Shown here in pieces: positions 1 to 12,540 of a DNA stretch of 64,000 bases. The DNA comes from Tricharina praecox. Its lineage: Eukaryota. A model generated the notes under the pieces. The model made no database searches, was not told where the DNA came from, and saw only the letters and a program-made list of their open reading frames with translations. Numbering within the stretch: position 1 is the first letter of the stretch; the number at the start of each line of letters is the position of its first letter. The DNA is taken from assembly GCF_024521635.1 (NCBI RefSeq), contig NW_026250448.1:1-64000 (forward strand), written 5' to 3'. Position numbers and translations under genes: made by a program.

Positions 1-410
1 GCTGCCCGGGAGTCTGGAGGCAGTCCGCCCAGGCCTGCGGGCGGACTACACCATTCAACGACCTTGGTCTGTGGCCGATGAATGGTATTTTTGAACTTTG
101 TATCCTTCATCTTCCGCTTTCGCTATTGGCGGTGTGGCAATAATTGCACATTGCTGATGCGGAATCGGGGTGGTGGCATTGGGTGCTCCAGACCTCCAGG
201 AGACGTGCGCGAGATATGAAACGAATTTGATGCAAAGAATAAGAGTTGGAAAGACTGTGAAGGGAGTAAGGATGCTCAAGACCGTTGTTCAAGGCGGACA
301 TAGGAGAGTCTCGGTGTTGGTATTGAAGAATGCACGCCCCGCTGTCATAATATCACGAACTTCGTTGCACCGCGTCATGCGAGATCACTCCGATCTATTT
401 TATCCGCTCT

Positions 411-627
411 GGTCATAATCTCACGAACTCCCGTGTACCGCGTCAGTTCCGCGAACTGGGTCATGAACGATCACTGACTATGTCGAGATACTTCCGTTAT
501 CCGTTCTCACAGAGGTGGTGAACGGGGCCTCTATCCGAGAAATCCCCGAACATTCCTGTATATATGCCTCTCCTTCTGTCGTATCTGATACACTACACAC
601 TATCTCGCGATACCACTCTTCTCGACA
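411..627 (+). mobile_element. Solo LTR (217 bp) inserted into an older related LTR that starts at 343
   Basis: Ends (G)GTCATAATC...CTCGACA; flanked by GCTCT/GTTCT (5-bp TSD, 1 mismatch); highly similar to the inverted copy at 49040-49266; a related terminus TGTCATAATATCACGAAC starts at 343. Confidence 0.75.
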
Positions 628-868
628 GTTCTCACGGAGGTGGCAGCACGCACATGGTGCCAGCGGATCTGCTGCGCTAGTGCAAATGCAGGACTGTGGC
701 TTGCCAGGTAACTGCGCCACATCGTATCGCGAAATCTCACTCGGTGTGGCTGCACGTTTGAAATCGCTCAAAACGGTTTCCTAATCCCCGGTTACAGTCT
801 TCCATGCTTATAGGCGGGCCAGAATTCCATTACATCCTTCCCGGCGTTCCTCGCCGCCGCTGCCTCCG

Positions 869-1592
869 CTACGACGGCACCACCCCCAAAGTCACCGTAA
901 CACACCCATACCCCGCGGCCGCTGTCCTCCCCGGCTCCGGTCAGCATCCACCCCTTGCCTCTCCCGTCGTCCCTACCCGCGCGTCTGCTCGGATTGACAC
1001 GTACCTTTCTTATTCCCCTTCCCCGAGTACCTAAACTCATACCTCTCCCCGCTCGCCAGCCTCACGCAAACATCGCCGCCATTCGCAAGCTTCAACAGCT
1101 TCTGCGGTGCGCCAGTGGTGGGACTGCAGCCATCAAAGACGTTGAAGAACGCGCGCGGATCGCCGCGCTGTGTCATGAAGATCTTGGTCGTGTTGTCGTA
1201 TGCGGTGTACTAGCTTCCACAGTGATCAGCCTACTGCGTGGGATAGGAGGGAAAGAACGGAATGAGGGCAGGGGTGGAGGAACCTCGCCATTGATCACCG
1301 CGCGAATTGTCACGCCGCCGTTGAACCACCACTCCGAGTTCGTCAGCACGCCGGCGACGAGCGTGTGGTTGCTCACGGCGTCGCCGGCGGGAGAGAGGTA
1401 TAGGTGGTTATCGCCGCCACCGGCTTTCCAGAAGTTGAGGCGGCGGTCGTGGAGATCTGGGTAGGAGGCGTTGTGTACTTCAATGGCGAAGGGTGTCGAG
1501 ATCGTGTTTGAAACTGGGTGGGATTTGGGGATGCATTGCGCCGTGATGGTTGGGAGGGTGAGAAGGAGGGCGGTGAGGACGGGGAAGAGCAT
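869..1592 (-). CDS. Secreted protein of unknown function (~188 aa, 2 introns)
   Basis: Signal peptide MLFPVLTALLLTLPTITA; introns 1283-1210 and 1004-922 (GT..CTGAY..AG) join three exons in frame, ending ...GYGCVTVTLGVVPS*. Confidence 0.75.
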
Positions 1593-1962
1593 ACTGGAGG
1601 TTGTGGGGATGTGGGATTGGCGGCGGTGGAGCTGTGAGGATATTCCGCACTGAAAGTGCTCGGAGGGAGGTTATATAAAGGATTGGGGTTCTAGATCGGC
1701 TGCGGTGAAAATTAGGTTTTAGGAAACGTTGCGTTTATATGCACGTTGGAGAATTTACACTCATGTTTGTATCCGCGTAGCACGAGGGCTAGAATTGTCA
1801 GGTACGAAGACTCAAGAACTGCGGTCACAAGTGGCTGTTATGGTCACACACGTACGCGATCCTCCGTTATCATTGGTAAGGTCCCAAATCGTGGTACACG
1901 CGAGGGAATACAATATGTTGAATTCCGGTTAACAGCAGTAGCTTTCATTTGTAACTTCCCGC

Positions 1963-3070
1963 TCATGTTAGACGATAAACCTTCCTAGCAACGGCACCCC
2001 ACACATCCTTCGCCTCCTTCTCGGTGAGCTTCTTTCGTGCAACCAGCCTCCCCAGAATGCCAAATGTCGCCTGCCGCCAACAGCTCCATGCGTACTGCGG
2101 GTGAGCCCCCTCCTTGCCTCCATACCCGATGTTACAGACCGGCCAGTCACTCGCCCACATCACCCTATCGGCTCCAAAGATCTCGAAGACGGCGGTTACC
2201 CAGGGAAGAACCTGTTGTTCCAGTGTTTCCGGTTCCCACATCCCGGCGGACGTATCGAGCTCGGAAAAGACGCCCGACATCTTCACTGCCACCCGCGGGA
2301 AAGCCGCGATCCGGGTGAGATGGGCCTTCCATGCGATGAATGTGGGATGCGATGTCGCCGCCTCGCTAGGAATGGTCATGTCAGGCTTGCCCATGTGATC
2401 TATCCACACACCATATCAGCATGTTCCCTCTCCCAAAGGTGCGAAGGGAATGCGCACTCAACACGATCCAGCCGCCTTTGTCGCTCGCCCCTTCGAACAC
2501 TCCCTTCAACATCCGCAGCGCTTCGTGCTTCTGCCACTCTCCGCCACGATGAAAGTCCACGCCTAGATCGAACGCCAACCCCTTCTCGAGCACCCACTTC
2601 ACTCCCTGCTCCACGTTTGCCGGCAGCATCGTACCCGCGGGCTTATCCTGGAACAGGTACCTAACTCCACACACCCGTTTCCTGTCGGACTCTGCCACCA
2701 TGGTCCACCACTTCTCCATCCCGTCTCTACCGAGCGTTACGGGCGCAAACGGTACAACAGCCAAGCAGCCCTCCAGTGCGGCCGCGAATCTGAGCTCGGC
2801 AAGCGGCTGGGAAAGACATTCCTCGGTCGCTTCGAGCGGAAGCGTGTACGCACGGTCGGTCTCGACGAAGATGAACCCTGCGATGGAAGTGCGGTCTGGG
2901 CTGGCAGCGGAGGTATCAGAGCCGTCTGTAAGGGCGGTATCGCATGCGACGGTGTATTCCGCGACGGAGTGCGGGGCGTTAAGCGAATTCGACGGGGTCA
3001 TCCATGATAGGTGCGGCAGGTCGGACGCGGTGAAGAGGTGGATGTGCGAGTCGATTATTTCGTGGGGCAT
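1963..3070 (-). CDS. LRA2: Amidohydrolase_2 family protein, L-rhamnono-1,4-lactonase-like
   Basis: IIDSHIHL, FIFVETDR, GVRYLFQDKP, NHMGKP (across intron 2457-2400), KMSG and RVMWASDWPVC motifs. Confidence 0.8.
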
Positions 3071-4519
3071 TGTGGCGGTGACGTCGTGGTGAGCGCGGAC
3101 GGTGCGGGGGGCACTGGAAGCCAGCTCGCTAAGCGTATGTCGGGAGTCGGGACCCCGGGCGTGGAAAAAGAAAGTCTCTCGGCTAAGGTGACGGGTTTTG
3201 CCAATCTTGGAACAAGGCTGCAGCGGAGAAGTCAGAGCTATGGAGTAGATGTCTTGGACGGTGATCTCCGAGAATTGTTTTTGTTCTATCACCCTTTTCA
3301 TCATGCAGTGAGGGGGCGCCTGGTGTCCCAACGCTGCTGTCGCGAGCAGACGAGTTTCGGTCGATGATCCCAACATTGATCCAGCGCCCCAGTGACCTAT
3401 CGCCGGCACACCAAATGCCCCACCCACTTCGGCTTCAGGATTCATCTGTCGTGTGTGTCCACTATTTCCGACAGCGGATTGAGTGTTCCAACCGACGAAT
3501 TCGACGACGATGAGCTTGAAGCGATAGACATCAATTGAGCCTCGGTCACTGACTGGAGAACTGCACCACCACGGGTGCTACGTCCGAGCCTCTGAAGGAG
3601 TCTCACTATCGCTTCCCCGCAAATCATCATCAATTTTATCACTCTAGGAACGCCTGTTTAGTTTTTTCAAGCGGATGTGAGCAGACGAACGAGTGAGACA
3701 AAGATGGAGATGTGATTGCTAGATACCGAACAAAGAGAGCGGACAACAGAGAGAGTATTTCAAGAGTTACATAGTAGGAAAAAACTAAGTCCCACGATAT
3801 CCTTCCGTCCCATACTATCCGTCCGTCCTACGACATCCGTCCGTCCCCACTCGGTCTATTGATGCCCAAGGACATTAAACCAGATCACCGACATTTAGCA
3901 GGCGGTACGGCGACGGCGGGGAGGAGAGTGAACTCCAGGGGAGAGCTCAGGGCTTGGCCCAGGACAACGTCGACCATGACAACCGGCATTTTTCCAATCC
4001 CGCCTTCGATCCAAATATCTTCACTGCTATTCATCGGGCCCCGGCCTTGACAGCTACGCAAACCCCGAGACGACAATTCCTTTCGTGCACCATGCGGTGT
4101 ACGCTAGACTCGGTATGTTGAGGGTAGTACCGAGTGGAGGTACCTTTTAGAGAAGAGGAGGGCTACGACGCGCCGCTACAGCGCAAAACCGACAACCCGA
4201 GCCTGTTCGGAGGCACACCGTAAAATATTGCGAGGCGAAGGGATTTAGCTTGTCATTTCTGTATGGATTTGGTGATGGAATATCTTTGTTGCAATGTTGT
4301 ATTGTAGATATCTCTATCGGCCATAACCTTCAGGTTCCATGCTGTATGAACAATCACTCAATCAATCGATCAGTGACCTATCGCCCATCTGGTCGTGTAT
4401 GTGCCACTCATCGAAGATGGATGGACTACGGACGATGCTGGGAGCTTGTCTATTTGTCGGCGGAATAGAGGTGAACGCTGGTGGACGGTGCGTGCCACCA
4501 CGTGGGTTGCGATAGAGAT

Positions 4520-4780
4520 TGTGCTCTTCAAACCATTTCGCATGCAGCCCATCTAGACTATGGCGAACCGTCGCACTCATTTCCTCCCAACTCGGGCCGG
4601 ACAGCAGGATGTGACGCCGCTTCCAACCACACAAATACGTAGGATATTGCAAGACCTGACAATCATGTATCGCTCCTCACCTCCCTGCACCGGCCCCGGA
4701 AACAGTGTCCTGCTGAACACTCTTGCTCTGCCGCCGATTTTTCACTCCCCTCCTCCTCGTCGTCCAAATCTGGCAGAGCT
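4520..4780 (+). repeat. Left arm of a diverged long inverted repeat (partner 9765-10030)
   Basis: ATTTCGCATGCA..TCTAGACTATGGCGAACCGTCGCACTC..TGCACCGGCC..AACAGT matches the reverse complement of 9765-10030; boundaries approximate. Confidence 0.7.
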
Positions 4781-5038
4781 TCCCTCCCATATCCGTCGTT
4801 CCTACAAACTCAAGGATCGCATCTCTGGACCGCTGGTCCGCGAACACGTAGTTTCGTGATTTGGCCATTGAATTATCTATCTACCCCAATCTACTTACGC
4901 CGCATTTTCAATCTCCTAGTCTTATTCGGCGTCCGCCACATGCTCCTGACCAAAGCTCCCGCACCTATTTTCTTGTTCCTCCTGGTTTTACCTTTCCCTC
5001 CGGGTCCCTCGTTCATCCATTGCGGATTTGATGCTGCT

Positions 5039-6068
5039 CTAGTGATCCTCCAACCATTCCCGCACCTTCCCCACGATGTCCTCCCTCAAATCGCGCCTTT
5101 TCAGGCCGATGTTGTGGACGGTACAGAACACCCTCAGCTTCTTGACGTTGAGGGTGTCGGGGTCAGGGTACGGGCGCTGGAGGAAAGACACAGCTGTTTT
5201 GCACATCTGATTAGCACTGACCGGAAACATGAACATGCCACTGAAGCTCAGCGAGATGTACCCGGCCTCGCCGTTGTTCTCCCGGTGGGTGGTGATGAGC
5301 TTACCAAGCAGGGCGTTGAGTGTGGCGGCTCGAATTGGTGGAATGGCGGCGGGAACGGGTGCGGCGGGAGCTGTTTTGCACATTTGATTAACATCGCAAG
5401 GATACATGAACTGGCCTATGAAGCTCGGGGCGGTGTACGTGGCCTCATTGTTGCTGTCCTGGTGAGTGTTGAATAGCTTACCTGGGGCGTTGGGTGCCAC
5501 GGTTGGAGCGGGGGCAAGAGCAGCCAGGACGTGAGCGGCCAGAGCTGTTTTGCACATCTGATTAGCACCGAACGGATACATGACCTTACCTCTGAAGCTC
5601 CGCACGATGTACGCGGCCTCGCCGTTGTTCCGTTGGTGAGTGGTGAAGAGCTTACCTGGGACGTTGGGTGCGGCCATTGGAGCGGGGTTCGGAGCATGAT
5701 CAGCCGGGACATTGTGGGCGAGTACTGCACATCTGATTAGCACTGAATGGATACATGAACTTGCCTCTGACGCTATGCACGATGTACGCGGCCTCGCAGT
5801 TGCTCGCCTGGTGGGTGGTAAAGAGCTTACCTGGGTCGTTGGGTGTGGGTGTTGGAGCCGGGGCAGGAGCATTCGGGACGGGACCGAAGAGCGGAATCCC
5901 TTCGTAGACGAGATCGGCAGGACCACCAGCTCTTGTGACGAATCTTACACATCCCGGAAGAATACGATCTGCATCTGAAGTGGGAACACCAGGTGCCGCG
6001 AGCCACGGTGCCACGATGAAGAGGTTAGTTTCTATCGAATAAAACCCCTGCGACTGATTGTTGTTCAT
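5039..6068 (-). CDS. Hypothetical protein (~196 aa): Pro/Ala-rich linker, C-terminal SAP/HeH-like helical motif, four homologous introns
   Basis: Exons 6068-5831, 5724-5656, 5544-5482, 5370-5305, 5193-5039 total 591 nt; each intron reads GTAAGC...G(C/T)TAAT...CAG; splicing resolves the apparent frameshift; C-terminus PDTLNVKKLRVFCTVHNIGLKRRDLREDIVGKV. Confidence 0.7.
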
Positions 6069-6959
6069 CTTTCGAGAATATCTAAGTAGGTTGAATCAAG
6101 GCTTTGTAGAAAACAAAAGGGGTTAAACTGTAGTATGAAGTGCTGCAGGGGGAGAAGAGGTTCTCAAGGTCGACGATGGAGAAGCATAGGAAGTGTGCTA
6201 GGGCAGGAGGAGATATCGTTCTGAAAGGTGGTGATGTAGTAGGTTTCGTTCGGCTGGTGGTTGGGGGAAGGATGGTGTGTAAAGTTGGCGAGAGGGAGGA
6301 GGTTTTCTAAACGTAGATGAAGCTTGCAGTTTGACATTCATCCTTCAAAAAGTGTTGCACATGGCATTCTTTACCTGCCACACTAGTAGTACCCAGAAAC
6401 TACAGAAATCGACAAGACTCTCCTCGTTCCAAACCGACATCGCAAGCATGTTGGCTGTGAGAGGTGTGAGGTATCACGAGAGAGAGTTGTAATGAAACTC
6501 TTCACCTAAAGCCTTTCTAGAGCATGGCTAACGGGATGGGGATCGTGGAAAATAGTGAATGTCAACTTCGTAACCTCTCACACGGTCATATTCATGCACT
6601 CGCTATTTTTGCCGTTGAGCGTATGGGGAAAGCTAAATCGCAGATTTTCGAGAAGCAGGAACTCCTGAATGTCACCTGAATAAATGTCTCGATGTCATAT
6701 GGTAGTCTTCCTATGTAAATGGCATATGGCGGCTGGGCGGGCTATGGAAAGTTAAAACTTTCATCCGCCGGTATGCGGGAGTCACATTTGTGACGGTATG
6801 AGTGGCAACTGCAGAGCGTGCGAGACGTTGCATATAGCAGGGCTTCACACATACTACAGCGACACACAGCGATGGACGGTCTGTGTGTGATGATGGCCGG
6901 GCTGTAGATACCAAAACAAAGACGTAGATGTCTGTGCACAATATGCTGACTCCTGAGCA

Positions 6960-7115
6960 ACTTATTCGATCCGAAACTGTGACGAATATCCTGCACGTTA
7001 TTCGAACAGAATCTGTATGGTATATCCTGCACACTATTCAAAGAGGAATCGTGTCGAACATCCTGCATGCTATTCGGTCGCAAAGTTGGTCGAATATTCT
7101 ACACGCTATTCGAGT
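6960..7115 (+). repeat. 36-bp-period array: 21-nt quasi-palindromic core with 15-nt variable spacers
   Basis: Cores of type GAATATCCTGCACGTTATTCG at 6984, 7020, 7056 and 7092. Confidence 0.8.
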
Positions 7116-7680
7116 AGAAAATGTGTTGTGAGCAGCCGAAACCAAGCTGGATCACGGATGCAACATTTCAGAGAAACGGATCACCGTGAGCACGATAATT
7201 TGAGAATTTGCTGTCCGAGCTGAGTGGAGATCGGTTCTAAACGATCATCGGTGATAGTGGAACCGTCATTTAATGGATGTGGATGAACTACTGAACGTCG
7301 GTCCTGGGAAGACTGGAGTACGAGGAGTTGAAATCAGAAATTGAATTTCTGGGAGGGTATCCACGTCCTTCAAAAGACCCACACCCTCCTACCCCTCGCA
7401 ACCGTCTGCGATCTTTAACCCGACTCCTCCTCTTGCTACCACATCAAAAGCAGACATCGATCCACCTTGTTTCCACCAAGATATCTTCCGGAATCATACA
7501 CAATTACTTACATCACCCGGTCATCTCTTTGACTACGATTCAAAACACCCTTCCTACATCCTCTTTCCCTGTATCGTCGCCTCGACCGCGCATCCAAACA
7601 CCAGCACAAGCGAAGCCGCATCTCTCTCGGAAACTATCCTACCTCGACCAAGCGACCAACAATCCAAGATCCAGGGAAGA

Positions 7681-9095
7681 ATGCCAGTCATGGATAGCGG
7701 CAGCGGTAACGGAAGTGGAACGCACGATCAGGAACACCATCCTGCTCCCGGAAACCATCAGCATCCGAGGAATCCTAACGGAGGCAACGTCACCGGAGCC
7801 GACTACGGAATGTCCACATACGCCCGACTAAGCGGTCGCCGAGTTCTCACGGGACGAGAGCGGTTGAGGCAGATGGAGCTGAACGACTACGGTTTCATTG
7901 TGCGGAGTGACGATTCCCGCCGACTCGCTGTCGAATACTGGAGGAGACAGGAAGCACGCCGTCTCGCTCGCGAGGAACACCAGAGGAGAGAGGAAGCCTA
8001 CCATCTCGCTCACGTACAGATGCCGACGACAGCCGCACTAATTCATCCTACTGTCGAGCACGTGAGTGAAGTCGACGCGCTACGTCTAAGTATCCTGCAC
8101 ATGGATAGAACCGTAGCTACCCATGTAGCTCCCGGAAACCAGCTGCAAGCAAACCAGACAGCGCACCAACCGGTCAGTAAAGTACCTGTTCAATAGACCC
8201 GACTTACCACATATTAATTAATAGACGTCTCTTGCAGCCCACCAACAACGCGGCGAACGTTCGACTTTGCAAACATGGCCACGCCATCGGAGTCGAGCAC
8301 TGTACGAACAGAACTTACCGACAGAGCGGGCGTCCAACCGTGACGGAACAGAGTCTGTTACGACACAAGCAAATGGTCGAACACATATTTACTGAGTGGA
8401 CGGAGGACGTACGTCGTCTCGGTGTCGAGTTAACGGTCGAGGGAGCGGTAGCACTGGGTGCTATGCGTGAACGCCAGCGACAGCAGCAAGGATATGAGAG
8501 ATCGTTCTACACGTTCGATGAAATCACCATCCAGACCCCGGAATATTTCTGCCTGTCTTCCCAACAAGGTCACCAGACCGAAACCGAGCAACGTACGCAA
8601 AAGAAATCACCTCCAGCCCGCAGTCGTCACTTCGTCAATCCACGCAGTCTGCAGCGTCAAGCTGAACTAGCCGACTACGGTTACCTTCTGCGCAAAGCGC
8701 ACGCACGCCGTCTCGCGATGCAACACCTGGCCAATCCAGACGCCAGTCAGACAGCTTATCGGATGAGAAAAGAGCTGCGTACGCGCCATTGGGAATATAT
8801 GGCCTCGCAGAAGACCAACTACGCATGCAAGACGGTTCTCTGGAGGGAGGAAACAGCATCTTGCGCTGAGCCCGCCCCTTACCTACAACCCCACTGCCTA
8901 AAGAGAACCCAAGACATCTTGCGTCGCACCTTTCCCTGGATCGAGATACCGGGGGCTAGGGATCCGTGTGTCAATTGTCTGGCGGAGATGGCCATGCGCA
9001 TCAAGAATCAAGAAGAGACCTGGGTGGATGAAGTCTCGGAGCGCTTCGCGCACATGATGAGCAACGAATGGCGTTTCGAGGATATTCAGTGGTAG
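7681..9095 (+). CDS. Hypothetical protein (~449 aa, 1 intron) with an internally duplicated motif
   Basis: Intron 8173-8237 (GTCAGT..CAG) joins two ORFs in frame; motif pair RQMELNDYGFIVRSDDSRRLA / RQAELADYGYLLRKAHARRLA. Confidence 0.6.
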
Positions 9096-9764
9096 TCTGT
9101 CTGTCATCGGGGCCAGGAGGATCCAGTATGTACTCCTTTTGCACAGCTGTTCTGTGTTTACTGACCGCCATAGATTCCATCGCTTCAATGAACGAAATGT
9201 TTCTCGAGAGTCCAGAGATCTTCAATTTCTGTCTTCTTCCCTGATTCGCCGTCTTTTGTTCTTGTAACCTCAATGCCATTCTTTCCGTTCCTCTCTCTGT
9301 GCATTCTCCTATTCTTGCCTCATTCATTTAGGACAACTCCGTCTGGCGTGTGTGTGCATGAAAACCCGTGAAGAGTGAAGAGCACGGCCGGGATATTTAG
9401 GTAGATACGAGGTTAGAAGAGCTGCGTCACAGGAGTCCCAAATCTCACATCGAAGGAAGTAGTATGGCGTGGATGGAATGGACGTTCCAACGTAGATGGA
9501 ACCATCTACAGCATGAATTCAATCCGCGCCTAGTATTTTCCACAAATCGAACCTTGGTAGGCTTTAACGTAAATTTCCAGCAGCCACAGAAGCCTAAGCC
9601 TCCCGATCAACAGAAACCGATCCTTTTTGATATCATGCAAATAACTATAACTGTCTTCCGTGAGTGTGGTCTGACAACCCGAGATGTGCGACAAGATGTA
9701 ATATGATAGGATTAGATGAGGGATAGATTAGATTACTCCTAGGCACAGGTAATCACTCGACTAT

Positions 9765-10030
9765 GAAGTAATTTGCCAAATCTGTTTATGTACGGGTGGC
9801 ACACTCCGGCAGGGTACTGTTCTGCGGCCGGTGCAAGTAGGTAGGAAAGAAATATATGTGGTGATATTCTCTTGGTGCGATTTCCTTTTTTATTTGTTTG
9901 GCAGGCAGGCAGCGGCGCTACATCGTGCTGTCTGGTAACGGGGTCTCAACCCCCGGCCGGCCAGAGTGGGCAGGAAAGGAGTGCGACGGTTCGCCATAGT
10001 CTAGATTCTTAGGTTGCATGCGAAATAAAA
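9765..10030 (-). repeat. Right arm of a diverged long inverted repeat (partner 4520-4780)
   Basis: GAGTGCGACGGTTCGCCATAGTCTAGA is the exact reverse complement of the left-arm core. Confidence 0.7.
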
Positions 10031-10037
10031 AGGAAGA

Positions 10038-10062
10038 TCTCTCTCTCTCTCTCTCTCTCTCT
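10038..10062. repeat. (CT)n microsatellite
   Basis: Seen directly. Confidence 0.95.
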
Positions 10063-11533
10063 TACGGTTGGCGCACATATTATTCCCTGAACGGGAGGGA
10101 AAACAATTAAAATACAATTATCTTTCATATCGGAGGCCAAGGTTCGAGATAACCACAGAAAACATATTGCCAAACATGGCGACAGCATTCTTTCCTAGCA
10201 AGTGAGATACGACAGTATTCAGCGAGTGATGCAAACTGTAAACTTTTGAGATGTCCGTCGGAAGGCGCAAGAGCCCGAAGGCTCTGTAGTGTATGTACGG
10301 TCTGTTGTATATGTCACCGACGGGCCTTGACGGGCCGTGCGGGTATTAGAAACCAAACGTCGTGGATATTTCATACGTAAGATTAGTGTTTCTTGGCCTG
10401 GACGAGCATTTGTATGAAATGCGTTTCTAGCCCGATGAGAAGAATGAGAATTGATACAATATAGTCAGTCTATCTATTCGTCCCTGGTCCTAATCAGCAA
10501 TCGCAGACATTCTAGACCATCGAAAAAGTCACATCGCTGCACGGAACTACCAAATATCAACATTCGACCCTAAACCATCGGATTTGTATTCTCTTTCAGA
10601 TTTCTATCAGTCCCGCATCTTCTTTGGACGGCTGATGCACACACTAGAAGTTGAGGTAGACTAGCGCCCCTATAACGGCAACGCCAGAAGTAGCAAGCAC
10701 AATCCAGAAAAGGGCGAGGTAATGGCGGCACATGAGCTTGGTTGCGACACGCTGAATTCAATCGTCAGTTCAGTTCAGAGTGGTGGCGGAGACAGGGAAG
10801 AGTAGCATACGGCCGAGATGATGCGGCGAGGAGGAAAAGCCGCAGTCTTGGAGTCGTAGCAGAGAGCAGCGGAAGCTCCGTTGGAGTCGTTGCAACGCAA
10901 AACTCCAGTACGGTTTGGAGTACCACCCGGAAGAAACGTGTCTCTGACTAACGGTTGGTGTTAGCATTGCGTTCCGGCAGGATATGTGTGTATGGATGGA
11001 GCGGAAGCTGTCAGGTATGCTTACTCATCAATTTTAACTCGGGAATTTCGGCAGAGCCATTCTGGGAGTAGACGGGGTGGCTGCGGGGGACCACGGAGGA
11101 GCCCTCGGGAGATGGATCCTCGACTAGCGTCTTGCAGTTAGTTTCGGTTTTTAAGAACGCCGCACACTGACGACTTCAGCCTGGGACGCAGCATAGCGAG
11201 GCTGATTACTAAGGATCGTAACGTCATAAATCGGATTGTGCAAAGGGTCAAACAGGGTGGCGGAGAGCCGGGAGGCAGGCGTCATGGTGGGGTTGTTGGG
11301 TGTTGGTGTAGAGGAAACTGAGGCTGGGAACTGGGTGGGTGAAGAGATGAAATATTGTTAAAGCTTGGCATCTACGCTTGTGATTAACCCTCTTACAGAA
11401 ATTTGCTCTTGTTTCTGTATTCTTTCAAACCGCTAGTTCCCTAGGTTAGTTACAACCCGCGCCGTCCACGTGATATGGTCTGTCGCTTCATCACTCGGTC
11501 AACGCTGCGCAGGTCATTTGCTCATAAGCAATT

Positions 11534-11763
11534 TGTTGAATGAAGATAGATGATCGATTGTACTAACAATATTACAAGCAGAAGAGACATCTATATATAC
11601 AAACTATCCAGATGTCCTGCCGGCACCGAGAGTCCTCCGGCGCCGGTAGTCTGCCGACCTGCTGGTGGTCTTCCCGCCAGCCGGCGGTCTTCCGACTCGC
11701 CTGTGGTCTTCTCTGAGCGCCTAGAATCTAACCATATTCCTTTATATCACCATATTTCTCACA
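11534..11763. mobile_element. Possible solo LTR
   Basis: TGTTGA...CTCACA termini, TATATATA and LTR-like size; no TSD found. Confidence 0.3.
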
Positions 11764-12109
11764 TCTTTGTAGCCCTATTTCCTTGTTAGGGTCTCTAGTT
11801 CGTTATGATTCTTTGGAGGAGCTGAGTGACCAGCAACAGAAAACCCACATCGAGCTCACAACAGTGGTCGTAGGCAGCAGCAGGCCTGGGAATAGTCCGT
11901 TCTGACGGAAGACTATTGGGGCCCGGCGACGCCGTCCCGTCTGGGCCGAGGATTTGGCCGAACGATTGGGGCTCCGTCCCAGGTCCAAAAAGCGCGGGGC
12001 CCGGAAACCTTTAGTGTGGAAACGGTTGGCGACTAAGTGTATGGTGCCGGCTATATATCCGGAAAATTTTGCCTAGTGAAAACGTAAGAAATTGCCGCAC
12101 AGTCCGATC

Positions 12110-12200
12110 ACCTCGTATATCTAGTCACTTCGGCAGAAGGCCGGTCACTTGGTCTGGTGGCCGGTCCATTTATAGAATACTAGTTTTACCCGGCAGGCTA
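12110..12200 (+). repeat. Dispersed repeat (second copy at 24986-25074)
   Basis: ACCTCGTATATCYAGTCACTT...CTTGGTCTGGTGGCCGGTCCATTTAT...GGCAGGCT shared between the copies. Confidence 0.85.
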
Positions 12201-12218
12201 GAACTCATGTGTATGTGC

Positions 12219-12540
12219 CAGGGCAGTCAACCGTCCGTCCCGTCCGTCTTTGAGGTTGCCCCGTCCGGGACGGAATCAGTCGGGACGAGGAGACCAAGGA
12301 CTACAGTCTTCCGGGCTGGAGAAATGAGGACGGATACCCTACAGGGCCCGGAATTGACTGGGACACTGGGATAATGCAAGCGGCGTGGCGCCACGCAGCG
12401 GCACCGGTGTGCGGATTTGTGGCTGTGCAGCTGTATTTCACAGAGTCTCTCACGATATTAAACCTTCACACCGTCCCCATTCCTACTTTCAGCACGTGTC
12501 TCTCCCCTGAGCCTGTTTGACGACTCTGAAAATTCTGTTG
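12219..12540 (+). mobile_element. Truncated copy of the hAT-type MITE at 20846-21384
   Basis: Starts CAGGGCAGTCAACCGTCC and aligns over ~320 bp with the reverse complement of 21050-21384. Confidence 0.85.

Noticed and set aside
3071..3445. Long N-terminal extension of the amidohydrolase ORF
   Set aside because: Family motif IIDSHIH starts right after Met at 3070; upstream translation is not protein-like
5039..5926. Novel 37-aa tandem protein domain
   Set aside because: Each unit coincides exactly with GT-branch-AG intron signals, so it is better explained as introns
6960..7115. CRISPR array
   Set aside because: Eukaryotic DNA, spacers only 15 nt and partly related, repeats degenerate, no cas genes
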